This document shows positions 1 to 11,589 of a stretch of DNA of 64,000 bases, in pieces. Under the pieces are notes generated by a model. The model did not search any database, was not told the DNA's origin, and saw only the letters and a program-made list of their open reading frames with translations. The DNA lies in assembly GCA_964016885.1 (NCBI GenBank), contig OZ024743.1, positions 3,038,001 through 3,102,000 on the forward strand. Direction: 5' to 3'. The DNA comes from Eledone cirrhosa (taxonomy: Eukaryota). The translations under genes were made by a program, and so were the position numbers. How positions within the stretch are numbered: the stretch's first letter is position 1; the number at the start of each line of letters is the position of its first letter.

Positions 1-3000
1 TGTCAGTGTCAGTGTCAGTGTAAGTGTCAGTGTCAGTGATAGTGTCAGTGTCAGTGTCAGTGATAGTGTCAGTGTCAGTGTTAGTGTCAGTGATAGTGTC
101 AGTGTCAGTGATAGTGTCAGTGTCAGTGTTAGTGTCAGTGATAGTGTCAGTGTCAGTGTCAGTGTCAGTGTAAGTGTCAGTGTCAGTGATAGTGTCAGTG
201 TCAGTGTTAGTGTCAGTGATAGTGTCAGTGTCAGTGTCAGTGTCAGTGTAAGTGTCAGTGTCAGTGTCAGTGATAGTGTCAGTGTCAGTGTTAGTGTCAG
301 TGATAGTGTCAGTGATAGTGTCAGTATCAGTGTCAGTGTCAGTGATAGTGTCAGTGTCAGTGATAGTGTCAGTATCAGTGTCAGTGTCAGTGATAGTGTC
401 AGTGTCAGTGATAGTGTCAGTGTCAGTGTCAGTGTCAGTGATAGTGTCAGTGTCAGTGATAGTGTCAGTATCAGTGTCAGTGTCAGTGATAGTGTCAGTG
501 TCAGTGATAGTGTCAGTATCAGTGTCAGTGTCAGTGATAGTGTCAGTGTCAGTGATAGTGTCAGTATCAGTGTCAGTGTCAGTGATAGTGTCAGTGTCAG
601 TGATAGTGTCAGTATCAGTGTCAGTGTCAGTGATAGTGTCAGTGTCAGTGATAGTGTCAGTATCAGTGTCAGTGTCAGTGATAGTGTCAGTGTCAGTGTC
701 AGTGATAGTGTCAGTGTCAGTGTCAGTGTCAGTGATTGTGTCAGTGTCAGTGTCAGTGTCAGTGTCAGTGTCAGTGTCAGTGTCAGTGATAGTGTCAGTG
801 ATAGTGTCAGTGTCAGTGATAGTGTCAGTGTCAGTGTCAGTGATAGTGTCAGTGTCAGTGTCAGTGATAGTATCAGTGTCAGTGTCAGTGTCAGTGTCAG
901 TGATAGTGTCAGTATCAGTGTCAGTGTCAGTGATAGTGTCAGTGTCAGTGATAGTGTCAGTGTCAGTGATAGTGTCAGTGTCAGTGTCAGTGTCAGTGAT
1001 TGTGTCAGTGTCAGTGTCAGTGATAGTGTTAGTGTCAGTGTCAGTGTCAGTGATAGTGTCAGTGTCAGTGTCAGTGTAAGTGATAGTGTCAGTGTCAGTG
1101 TCAGTGTAAGTGATAGTGTCAGTGTCAGTGTCAGTGATTGTGTCAGTATCAGTGTCAGTGTCAGTGTCAGTGTCAGTGTCAGTGTCAGTGTCAGTGTCAG
1201 TGATAGTGTCAGTGTCAGTGTCAGTGTAAGTGATAGTGTCAGTGTCAGTGTCAGTGTAAGTGATAGTGTCAGTGTCAGTGATAGTGTCAGTGTCAGTGTC
1301 AGTGTCAGTGATAGTGTCAGTGTCAGTGTCAGTGTCAGTGATAGTGTCAGTGTCAGTGTCAGTGTCAGTGATTGTGTCAGTGTCAGTGTCAGTGTCAGTG
1401 TCAGTGTCAGTGTCAGTGTCAGTGTCAGTGTCAGTGTCAGTGATAGTGTCAGTGTCAGTGATAGTGTCAGTGTCAGTGATAGTGTCAGTGTCAGTGATAG
1501 TGTCAGTGTCAGTGTCAGTGATAGTGTCAGTGATAGTGTCAGTGTCAGTGTCAGTGATAGTGTCAGTGTCAGTGATAGTGTCAGTGTCAGTGTCAGTGAT
1601 TGTGTCAGTGTCAGTGTCAGTGTCAGTGATAGTGTCAGTGTCAGTGTCAGTGATAGTGTCAGTGTCAGTGTCAGTGATAGTGTCAGTGTCAGTGTCAGTG
1701 TCAGTGATAGTGTCAGTGTCAGTGTCAGTGATAGTGTCAGTGTCAGTGATAGTGTCAGTGTCAGTGTCAGTGTCAGTGATAGTGTCAGTGTCAGTGTCAG
1801 TGATAGTGTCAGTGTCAGTGATAGTGTCAGTGTCAATGTCAGTGTCAGTGATAGTGTCAGTGTCAGTGATAGTGTCAGTGTCAGTGTCAGTGTCAGTGAT
1901 AGTGTCAGTGTCAGTGATAGTGTCAGTGATAGTGTCAGTGTCAGTGATAGTGTCAGTGTCAGTGTCAGTGTCAGTGATAGTGTCAGTGTCAGTGATAGTG
2001 TCAGTGTCAGTGATAGTGTCAGTGTCAGTGATAGTGTCAGTGTCAGTGATAGTGTCATTGATAGTGTCAGTGTCAGTGTCAGTGTCAGTGATAGTGTCAG
2101 TGTCAGTGATAGTGTCAGTGATAGTGTCAGTGTCAGTGATAGTGTCAGTGTCAGTGTCAGTGTCAGTGTCAGTGATAGTGTCAGTGTCAGTGTCAGTGTC
2201 AGTGATAGTGTCAGTGTCAGTGTCAGTGTCAGTGATAGTGTCAGTGTCAGTGATAGTGTCAGTGATAGTGTCAGTGTCAGTGTCAGTGTCAGTGTCAGTG
2301 ATAGTGTCAGTGTCAGTGATAGTGTCAGTGTCAGTGTCAGTGATAGTGTCAGTGTCAGTGTCAGTGTCAGTGATAGTGTCAGTGTCAGTGATAGTGTCAG
2401 TGTCAGTGATAGTGTCAGTGATAGTGTCAGTGTCAGTGATAGTGTCAGTGTCAGTGTCAGTGATAGTGTCAGTGTCAGTGATAGTGTCAGTGATAGTGTC
2501 AGTGTCAGTGTCAGTGATAGTGTCAGTGTCAGTGATAGTGTCAGTGATAGTGTCAGTGTCAGTGTCAGTGATAGTGTCAGTGTCAGTGTCAGTGATAGTG
2601 TCAGTGTCAGTGTCAGTGTCAGTGATAGTGTCAGTGTCAGTGATAGTGTCAGTGTCAGTGTCAGTGATAGTGTCAGTGTCAGTGATAGTGTCAGTGTCAG
2701 TGATAGTGTCAGTGTCAGTGTAAGTGATAGTGTCAGTGTCAGTGTCAGTGATAGTGTCAGTGTCAGTGTCAGTGTCAGTGATAGTGTCAGTGTCAGTGTC
2801 AGTGTCAGTGTCAGTGATAGTGTCAGTGTCAGTGATAGTGTCAGTGTCAGTGATAGTGTCAGTGTCAGTGATAGTGTCAGTGTCAGTGTCAGTGTCAGTG
2901 TCAGTGATAGTGTCAGTGTCAGTGATAGTGTCAGTGTCAGTGATAGTGTCAGTGTAAGTGATAGTGTCAGTGTCAGTGTCAGTGTCAGTGTCAGTGTCAG

Positions 3001-6000
3001 TGATAGTGTCAGTGATAGTGTCAGTGTCAGTGATAGTGTCAGTGTCAGTGTCAGTGTCAGTGTCAGTGATAGTGTCAGTGATAGTGTCAGTGTCAGTGAT
3101 AGTGTCAGTGTCAGTGATAGTGTCAGTGTCAGTGATAGTGTCAGTGATAGTGTCAGTGTCAGTGTCAGTGATAGTGTCAGTGTCAGTGTCAGTGTCAGTG
3201 TCAGTGATAGTGTCAGTGTCAGTGTCAGTGATAGTGTCAGTGTCAGTGTCAGTGATAGTGTCAGTGTCAGTGTCAGTGTCAGTGTCAGTGTCAGTGATAG
3301 TGTCAGTGTCAGTGATAGTGTCAGTGTCAGTGTCAGTGTCAGTGTCAGTGATTGTGTCAGTGTCAGTGTCAGTGATAGTGTAAGTGTCAGTGTCAGTGTC
3401 AGTGATAGTGTTAGTGTCAGTGTCAGTGTCAGTGATAGTGTCAGTGTCAGTGATAGTGTCAGTGTCAGTGTCAGTGTAAGTGTCAGTGATTGTGTCAGTG
3501 TCAGTGTCATTCTCAGTGATTGTGTCAGTGTCAGTGTCAGTGATAGTGTCAGTGTCAGTGTCAGTGTCAGTGTCAGTGATAGTGTCAGTGTCAGTGTCAG
3601 TGATAGTGTCAGTGTCAGTGATAGTGTCAGTGTCAGTGTCAGTGATTGTGTCAGTGTCAGTGTAAGTGATAGTGTCAGTGTCAGTGTCAGTGATAGTGTC
3701 AGTGTCAGTGTCAGTGTCAGTGTCAGTGTCAGTGTCAGTGATAGTGTCAGTGTCAGTGTCAGTGATAGTGTCAGTGTCAGTGTCAGTGTCAGTGTCAGTG
3801 ATAGTGTCAGTGTCAGTGATAGTGTCAGTGTCAGTGTCAGTGATAGGGTCAGTGATAGTGTCAGTGTCAGTGTCAGTGTCAGTGATAGTGTCAGTGTCAG
3901 TGATAGTGTCAGTGTCAGTGATAGTGTCAGTGTCAGTGATAGTGTCAGTGTCAGTGATAGTGTCAGTGATAGTGTCAGTGTCAGTGTCAGTGATAGTGTC
4001 AGTGTCAGTGATAGTGTCAGTGTCAGTGATAGTGTCAGTGATAGTGTCAGTGTCAGTGTCAGTGATAGTGTCAGTGTCAGTGATAGTGTCAGTGTCAGTG
4101 ATAGTGTCAGTGATAGTGTCAGTGATAGTGTCAGTGTCAGTGATAGTGTCAGTGTCAGTGATAGTGTCAGTGATAGTGTCAGTGATAGTGTCAGTGTCAG
4201 TGATAGTGTCAGTGTCAGTGATAGTGTCAGTGATAGTGTCAGTGTCAGTGTCAGTGATAGTGTCAGTGTCAGTGATAGTGTCAGTGTCAGTGATAGTGTC
4301 AGTGATAGTGTCAGTGTCAGTGTCAGTGATAGTGTCAGTGTCAGTGATAGTGTCAGTGTCAGTGTCAGTGTCAGTGATAGTGTCAGTGTCAGTGATAGTG
4401 TCAGTGTCAGTGATAGTGTCAGTGTCAGTGATAGTGTCAGTGTCAGTGATAGTGTCAGTGATAGTGTCAGTGTCAGTGTCAGTGATAGTGTCAGTGTCAG
4501 TGATAGTGTCAGTGTCAGTGATAGTGTCAGTGATAGTGTCAGTGTCAGTGTCAGTGATAGTGTCAGTGTCAGTGATAGTGTCAGTGTCAGTGTCAGTGTC
4601 AGTGATTGTGTCAGTGTCAGTGTCAGTGTCAGTGTCAGTGATAGTGTCAGTGTCAGTGTCAGTGATAGTGTCAGTGTCAGTGTCAGTGATAGTGTCAGTG
4701 TCAGTGTCAGTGATAGTGTCAGTGTCAGTGATAGTGTCAGTGTCAGTGTCAGTGATAGTGTCAGTGTCAGTGTCAGTGATAGTGTCAGTGTCAGTGTCAG
4801 TGATAGTGTCAGTGTCAGTGATAGTGTCAGTGTCAGTGTCAGTGATAGTGTCAGTGTCAGTGATAGTGTCAGTGTCAGTGTCAGTGATAGTGTCAGTGTC
4901 AGTGATAGTGTCAGTGTCAGTGTCAGTGATAGTGTCAGTGTCAGTGTCAGTGATAGTGTCAGTGTCAGTGTCAGTGATAGTGTCAGTGTCAGTGTCAGTG
5001 ATAGTGTCAGTGTCAGTGTCAGTGATAGTGTCAGTGTCAGTGTCAGTGATAGTGTCAGTGTCAGTGATAGTGTCAGTGTCAGTGTCAGTGATAGTGTCAG
5101 TGTCAGTGTCAGTGATTGTGTCAGTGTCAGTGTCAGTGATTGTGTCAGTGTCAGTGTCAGTGTCAGTGTCAGTGATAGTGTCAGTGTCAGTGTCAGTGAT
5201 AGTGTCAGTGTCAGTGTCAGTGATAGTGTCAGTGTCAGTGTCAGTGATAGTGTCAGTGTCAGTGATAGTGTCAGTGTCAGTGTCAGTGATTGTGTCAGTG
5301 TCAGTGTCAGTGATTGTGTCAGTGTCAGTGTCAGTGATAGTGTCAGTGTCAGTGATAGTGTCAGTGTCAGTGTCAGTGATAGTGTCAGTGTCAGTGTCAG
5401 TGTCAGTGTCAGTGATAGTGTCAGTGTCAGTGTCAGTGATAGTGTCAGTGTCAGTGATAGTGTCAGTGTCAGTGATAGTGTCAGTGTCAGTGATAGTGTC
5501 AGTGTCAGTGATAGTGTCAGTGTCAGTGTCAGTGATAGTGTCAGTGTCAGTGATAGTGTCAGTGATAGTGTCAGTGTCAGTGATAGTGTCAGTGATAGTG
5601 TCAGTGTCAGTGTCAGTGTCAGTGTCAGTGATAGTGTCAGTGTCAGTGATAGTGTCAGTGTCAGTGATAGTGTCAGTGTCAGTGATAGTGTCAGTGTCAG
5701 TGATAGTGTCAGTGATAGTGTCAGTGTCAGTGTCAGTGTCAGTGTCAGTGTCAGTGATAGTGTCAGTGTCAGTGATAGTGTCAGTGTCAGTGTCAGTGTC
5801 AGTGATAGTGTCAGTGTCAGTGTCAGTGATAGTGTCAGTGTCAGTGTCAGTGTCAGTGATAGTGTCAGTGTCAGTGTCAGTGTCAGTGTCAGTGATAGTG
5901 TCAGTGTCAGTGTCAGTGATAGTGTCAGTGTCAGTGTCAGTGATAGTGTCAGTGTCAGTGATAGTGTCAGTGTCAGTGATAGTGTCAGTGTCAGTGTCAG

Positions 6001-6313
6001 TGTCAGTGTCAGTGATAGTGTCAGTGTCAGTGTCAGTGTCAGTGATAGTGTCAGTGTCAGTGTCAGTGTCAGTGTCAGTGTCAGTGATAGTGTCAGTGTC
6101 AGTGATAGTGTCAGTGTCAGTGTCAGTGTCAGTGATAGTGTCAGTGTCAGTGTCAGTGATAGTGTCAGTGTCAGTGTCAGTGTCAGTGATAGTGTCAGTG
6201 TCAGTGTCAGTGATAGTGTCAGTGTCAGTGTCAGTGATAGTGTCAGTGTCAGTGATAGTGTCAGTGTCAGTGATAGTGTCAGTGTCAGTGTCAGTGATAG
6301 TGTCAGTGTCAGT
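1..6313. repeat. Hexamer satellite (TGTCAG)n with interspersed TGATAG; continues off the left edge of the window
   Basis: Direct reading shows about 1050 hexamers with rare variants TGTAAG, TGTTAG, TGATTG and TATCAG. The + strand SV-repeat ORFs all share one frame, so the 6-bp phase is kept. Confidence 0.98.
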
Positions 6314-6862
6314 CACTGAAAACAGTGGACAGTGGTGTGGTGTAGTGTGGTGTAATGTAGGTACCGCCTAGGTACTATGACATAACTTATGTATTTGCTG
6401 GCATTAGTGTACATCTGTACGCATATGTTCGTAAATATACTAATTCTCTATATTTATCTCCAAATTATTTAATTGTTGTGCAAACCTGCCAAATCCACTA
6501 CTAACTTATTGTAGTGGTAGTAGGCTTTTGTCATTTTACCACCCCACTTCTTCCGACTAGCCTCAGTGTCACGTGATTGATTCTTTAGAATCTGCCATTT
6601 TACCAGAGACAGTGAACTTTTTCAGTGCTTTGGAATTCAGTCCTCGCTAGCTGTTCCATCCACCGAATTATTATTATTTTTATATGAGTCCCTAGTGTCC
6701 GCGCATTGCCTGGAGACTTAGCTGAGAATAGACTCCCTGATGACGTAATGAAATCTCGACAGTTACATTGCGTAACTATCTTTATCCCATTACAGAAACT
6801 AATTAGTTGGAGTGAAAATTTTAGTAAGTAAGTTAATTTTTAAAATGTTCTTATTTTACGTC

Positions 6863-6912
<50 letters not shown>

Positions 6913-6919
6913 TGAAAAC

Positions 6920-8378
6920 TTTATCCAGAGCAAGTTGGTACATGATGACAGTCTTCTTCAGACTGTTTGTCACTCCCAAAGCACTGTATGCATTTGAAAA
7001 AAATCCATAAGGTGTTGCATGTCACTCTGGTAGTGTGCAAAGAGATCACAATGATCTGCATACAGAAATTCTCTGATTATGGTACTCAGTACCTTAGTGT
7101 TGGCAGTGAGACGCCTGAGGTTAAACAGCTTGCCAGAAGTGCGATATCTGAAATGGATACCATGTTGACAACCCTTGAAGGCCATTTTCCACCGAAATTG
7201 GCTCAGACAGTTTACTTCCAATATTCCAACATGCCTGCATGTCATCATGGAAGAGCTTGAGTATGTTCACAAACTTTTCAGGACAGCCCAATCTCTCCAA
7301 AATAACTCACAAAACCTTCCGATTTACGATGTCAAATGCCTTGGTCAGATCAACAAAAACTTGGTAGAAATCCATGCACTGCTTTATGCATTTCTCTTGA
7401 AGTTGTTTGGCTGAGAAGACCATGTCAACAGTGCCGCTACCATTCCTAAAGCCACATTGGGACTCAGGAAGTATCTCAACAGCATGTGCTGTATCAATCT
7501 GTCCAACAATATCCTGCACAAGATCCCAGCCTCAGATAGCAGTGAAATACCTCTGTAGTTGCCACAGTCATCTTTGGCTCCCTTTGTTTTGTAAAATACC
7601 ACCATCAATGCATCTTTCCAGTCCTGCAGTACATCATCTTCATTCCAAACATTCACAAAGAGATCAGTGAAGCGGTTTAAGAAGTTATCACCAGCACACT
7701 TAAATATCTCGGCACTTAATCCATCCATTCCAGGTGACTTGACGGTGTTTATTTTGGCAATGGCATTCGCCACCTCATCAAATGAAGGAGGATCAGCCAT
7801 TGCCAGCTGTGTAGGTCTGGATAGAATTGACCAGATGAACTCATCATCAATTTCTGATGGTCTGTTGAGAAGCTCATCAAAGTGGTCATGCCACCTGATC
7901 AGGATTTCCTTCGGATCTGAGCAATTCCTTGCCATCTTTGGAGCAAAATGGGGATATTTGCAAACCGGTTGGACCATACACCTCACTAAGCAGATTGTAT
8001 AAGTGCTTTGTATCAAGTCTATCAGATTTTTGTCTCCAAGTATCTTGCATGGCTCTCAATTGATGTTGCACACGTGCCTAGATTAGTTTGAAGATCCGGT
8101 CACTCCTGTCAGAACGTATCTCATTCAACAATGATGTCAGCACTTTTTGTTTCTCTTCAAGCAAGGTCTGGATCACTGCATCATTTTCATCAAACCAGTC
8201 CTAATGCTTTCTATTGATATGACCTAAAACTCTAGCACTGACATCATAGACGGTTTTCTTCAATGATACCCACTCAGGAGACTTCGACTGCTCAGCTCTG
8301 ACTTCTGTCTTCAGAGGAGCCACGTTTAGCCGTTTTGGAAGTGCAACCTTCTTCCCCCTTACTTTGGCAAACATTTGT
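6920..8378 (-). mobile_element. Decayed RTE-clade LINE fragment (RT region), related to the intact element at 31236-34781
   Basis: Frameshifted ORFs 6970-7248, 7307-7519, 7384-8016 and 8201-8503 carry KSPGMDG, CGNYRGISLLS, LPESQCGFR, VFVDLTKAFD and LYADHCDL, all matching the intact RTE protein. Confidence 0.92.
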
Positions 8379-8966
8379 GAAATTATAAAACTAAAAGAAC
8401 ATACATACATATGGCAGTCAGTCAACGCGACCAGTCGTACATTTTGGCGTGGGAGACTATTCATTAAATTTAAGATGAATACTATCTCCGACAGTAATGC
8501 CACAACTATCAGTCATATTGAATAACTGGATATTCTAACTATATCCACTGAAGACACCTTTTATTCGAATTCGTAGATATATCCGACTAAATACATAATT
8601 TATTTTACAAGGATTTGCTACAAACAGCATGGCCGGACACAATATCAACAAAAACAATTTATCAAACACAAGGAACGTAAACAATATACCGGAGAAAACC
8701 AGCGAGAAAAATCAATGAGAAAGGTTAACAAAATTTATTCAGTTGTAGCTACAGAAGAAACCGAAATTATAAATCGCATTTCTCTTGGAGTTGCAAACTT
8801 AATGATGATTTATTTAATTGTTATAAAATGGCGAAAAAAATCCCTCCATATGAACATAATGAAAGTACACTTGACGAAATACATCCAAAGCTATCATTTC
8901 ATAGTGAAACAATTACGCCAACAAGCAACGTTTGTTCAACGTAAAATTAAGATAAATATTAATAAT

Positions 8967-9300
8967 TGTAAGGGTGCTTGGTTGGAAGGGTGCTCGAGCG
9001 GAGGGGCCAGCAGATCGGTCTCTCTCTAGTGGTGACCAGGAACGGTGTGGACGCGAGTTTGGCAGCTCCCGGGTGTTAATGAGTTGGACGCGAGTTTGGC
9101 AGCTCTCGGGTGTTAATGAGTTGGACGCACGTGGACGAGGAGAAACCAGCCATGGGATTTAGCGGCGTCTATGAAAAGCGGTAAGTGAGATAGCTTTTTC
9201 TAACCACAATAATAATCAAAGAAATAATAATAATAATCGAAGAAATTTGACACCACGTATACCATCCGAGTCTACCTCGACTGTTGTGGAAAATACTATC
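8967..9300 (+). mobile_element. Solo LTR related to the Gypsy LTR at 57160-57478
   Basis: Starts TGTAAG and is GC-richer than its flanks. Shares blocks (gggccagcag, tctctctag, gaggagaaaccagccat, aaagcggtaagtgag) with the reverse complement of 57270-57440. Contains an internal ~36-bp tandem duplication. The 3' end and TSD are unclear. Confidence 0.65.
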
Positions 9301-9605
9301 GATAATAATAATAATCAAAAGTCTAAAAATTGAAAATTTCCCTCAACGAAATCTTCCAGAGAGAAATTAATTCATGTATAAACATTTCTCTTGCTGAACG
9401 TATTACAACAACAATATTTAATATAAAAAAAAAACAAAAAACAAAAACAAATAATGAAATATTACGTGTTATTGACGTAATATTTACGACGGATAAAAGC
9501 CAACATTTTGGCAAATCAACGCCTGTTTATATGCCTTAGCAACGACAGTGAAGCATTATCTTGGTGATAGAGATATTAACAAGAACAAAACACCACAAAA
9601 AGTAC

Positions 9606-11589
9606 TATAGTGAGGATACTGGGTTGTATGAATGTAACAAAACGAGACATGGTTTGTGTGTATAATATTTAATTAACAATCATGGATATAGATAGAACAG
9701 TATAGTTGACATGTCAAAGTAATAGATGATAGAATGAAGCAAAGTTAGTAGTTACCGTTTTGATTGCCAAGCAAACGCGAGACGCCTGGCGAAGGCCAGG
9801 CGCCGGAAGGGCAAATGAGAGGGAGAGAGCCGAAGGCTATTCGTTTTACAGGGCTCTGCCGGAAGTTACAGAAAGGGTTCTACTTCCCGTCTAGATGTTG
9901 TTAATCTATTGGGGTTGTGAGTCACAACAAGGGAGACAACCGCTACATAACCTCCCGCCAGAATTTTAGAATATAAAAATCGAATGAAATATGTAGCAAG
10001 TTGGCGAGAATGTTGTAACAGGCATGAAAATTACGACAAAAGAATGTTTGCAAAAATCAATGATAGATATCAAGGTAGCCAACCGCTCTTGGCCAGAGAA
10101 CGACTGGACATCTATCTATCCATCACCCAAAGATACAATGTAATAAAGTAAGAGAAGGGCTCAAAGTTCAAATGTACAAAATATAGTTCACAGGTGTGCA
10201 ATCACATGACAGCAGGAAAGAAAGTGTGTTCCAGAGAATGAATGCAGGTGGTTTCTGTTCTGTGGTATATCGTGAAATTTCCAACCTCCGAATGGATTTT
10301 CTCACAGGAAGAGTGCTGCAAAAATAAATTCTCTGGCTTGTTCTGCTGGTTTTGGTTGTTGGTGAAGCTGTGTTGCTGTTGATGTCTCGCTGAGTGAGCG
10401 TATTCGATGTTTAAATTCACAGTAAAAAAATTTTTTTCAGAAAAAATGAGTTGCGCAAAGTGCTAGAAATAACAGCCGAAGTTGATGGTCGATATTGAGA
10501 ATGCGTTGACCTGGAAGGGTCAAGAGGCCAGCGACCAAAGAAATAAGCATTCTGAATAAATGCGCAGTTTTCAACGGCAAATTTACGTGGTAAATTTTTA
10601 AACCGGCAAATAGGAGAATATAGCTTAAGGCTGAAGAATCCTTGGCGAGAAACGTTATCTCTGGCGTGCGGCTATCTCTGTGAGTCGAGATATCTCTGTG
10701 AGTCAAGAATTTGTGCTGCCTACACGTGCCAATACAAGGATAAGTTAGGTTGAAAAAATAATATTTCTAACGCGCGAGAAAATGATAGTGCAAGTGTGAA
10801 AGTGACAATGATGAAAAAGAAAGGCTTCGCTTAGCATAATTATTGGTGTGAACTTTGGAAAAAAAAAAGTTGAACGATGAAGAAAACGATGAAAAAAAAA
10901 GGCAATGGTTCATTAAAAATAAATGTTCCTGTTGAAATGTTTTTTAAAAAATATCAAATTTCTTTTTTTTTTTTTTGTTTTGAAAGTGTTCGTTGTAAGA
11001 AACGAGAAACATGTATATATATATCGTGAAATGCGACAGTAGTTGATGCGTGAGAGAAAAAGTCTGTCTGAACGCGAATTTCTCATGTGCGTGTGTGCGT
11101 TTCCTTGAGTATTTTCATAGTTTGTCGATAAATTTGCTGTGTATTCGTAATGTTACTCACACAACGCCAGACTCTGCTATTTTTTCTTTTTTCGGGGTGA
11201 CCACTTATAACAATGAACGGCTGCGTGTTCGTATCACGTCAGGGTTACCAATATAGCGAGGATACTGGGTTGTATGAATGTAACAAGGAGACATGGTTTG
11301 TGTATATTATTTAATTAACAATCATGGATATATATAGAACAGTATAGTTGACATGTCAAAGTAATAGATGATAGAATGAAGCAAAGTTAGTAGTTACCGT
11401 TTTGATTGCCAGGCAAACGCGAGACGCCTGGCGAAGGCCAGGCGCCGGAAGGGCAAATGAGAGGGAGAGAGCCGAAGGCTATTCGTTTTACAGGGCTCTG
11501 CCGGAAGTTACAGAAAGGGTTCTACTTCCCGTCTAGATGTTGTTAATCTATTGGGGTTGTGAGTCACAACAAGGGAGACAACCGCTACA
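9606..11589 (-). mobile_element. Non-autonomous LTR retrotransposon (Ty3/Gypsy, CsRn1-like), ~2 kb
   Basis: Near-identical ~340-bp LTRs at 9606-9947 and 11252-11589, with minus-strand termini TGTAGCG...CGCTATA. 4-bp TSD GTAC at 9602-9605 and 11590-11593. tRNA-Trp PBS next to the 5' LTR and purine-rich GGCGGGAGG next to the 3' LTR. No intact gag or pol. Confidence 0.9.
11219..11250 (-). other. Extended tRNA-Trp primer-binding site
   Basis: The + strand ggctgcgtgttcgtatcacgtcagggttacca matches the recalled metazoan tRNA-Trp(CCA) 3' end ggctgcgtgttcgaatcacgtcggggtcacca at 29 of 32 positions, including CCA, 1 nt from the LTR. Confidence 0.85.

Noticed and set aside
1-6313. Telomere array
   Set aside because: The repeat is not TTAGGG-like, has no G-runs, and the G/T-rich strand points inward rather than toward the window start.
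252-6371. Long Ser-Val-Ile ORFs on the + strand
   Set aside because: They are translations of the satellite, use GTG starts and are interrupted by TAA variants.
6730-6790. Hammerhead-like ctgatga-cgtaatg...cattgcg; similar motifs at ~12801-12836 (minus), ~15729-15765 and ~29912-29985
   Set aside because: Core nucleotides (CUGANGA or GAAA) are mutated or stems I/III are missing; at best dead remnants.
11219-11250. tRNA-Trp gene
   Set aside because: Only the 3' 32 nt with encoded CCA are present, next to an LTR, so it is a PBS and not a gene.
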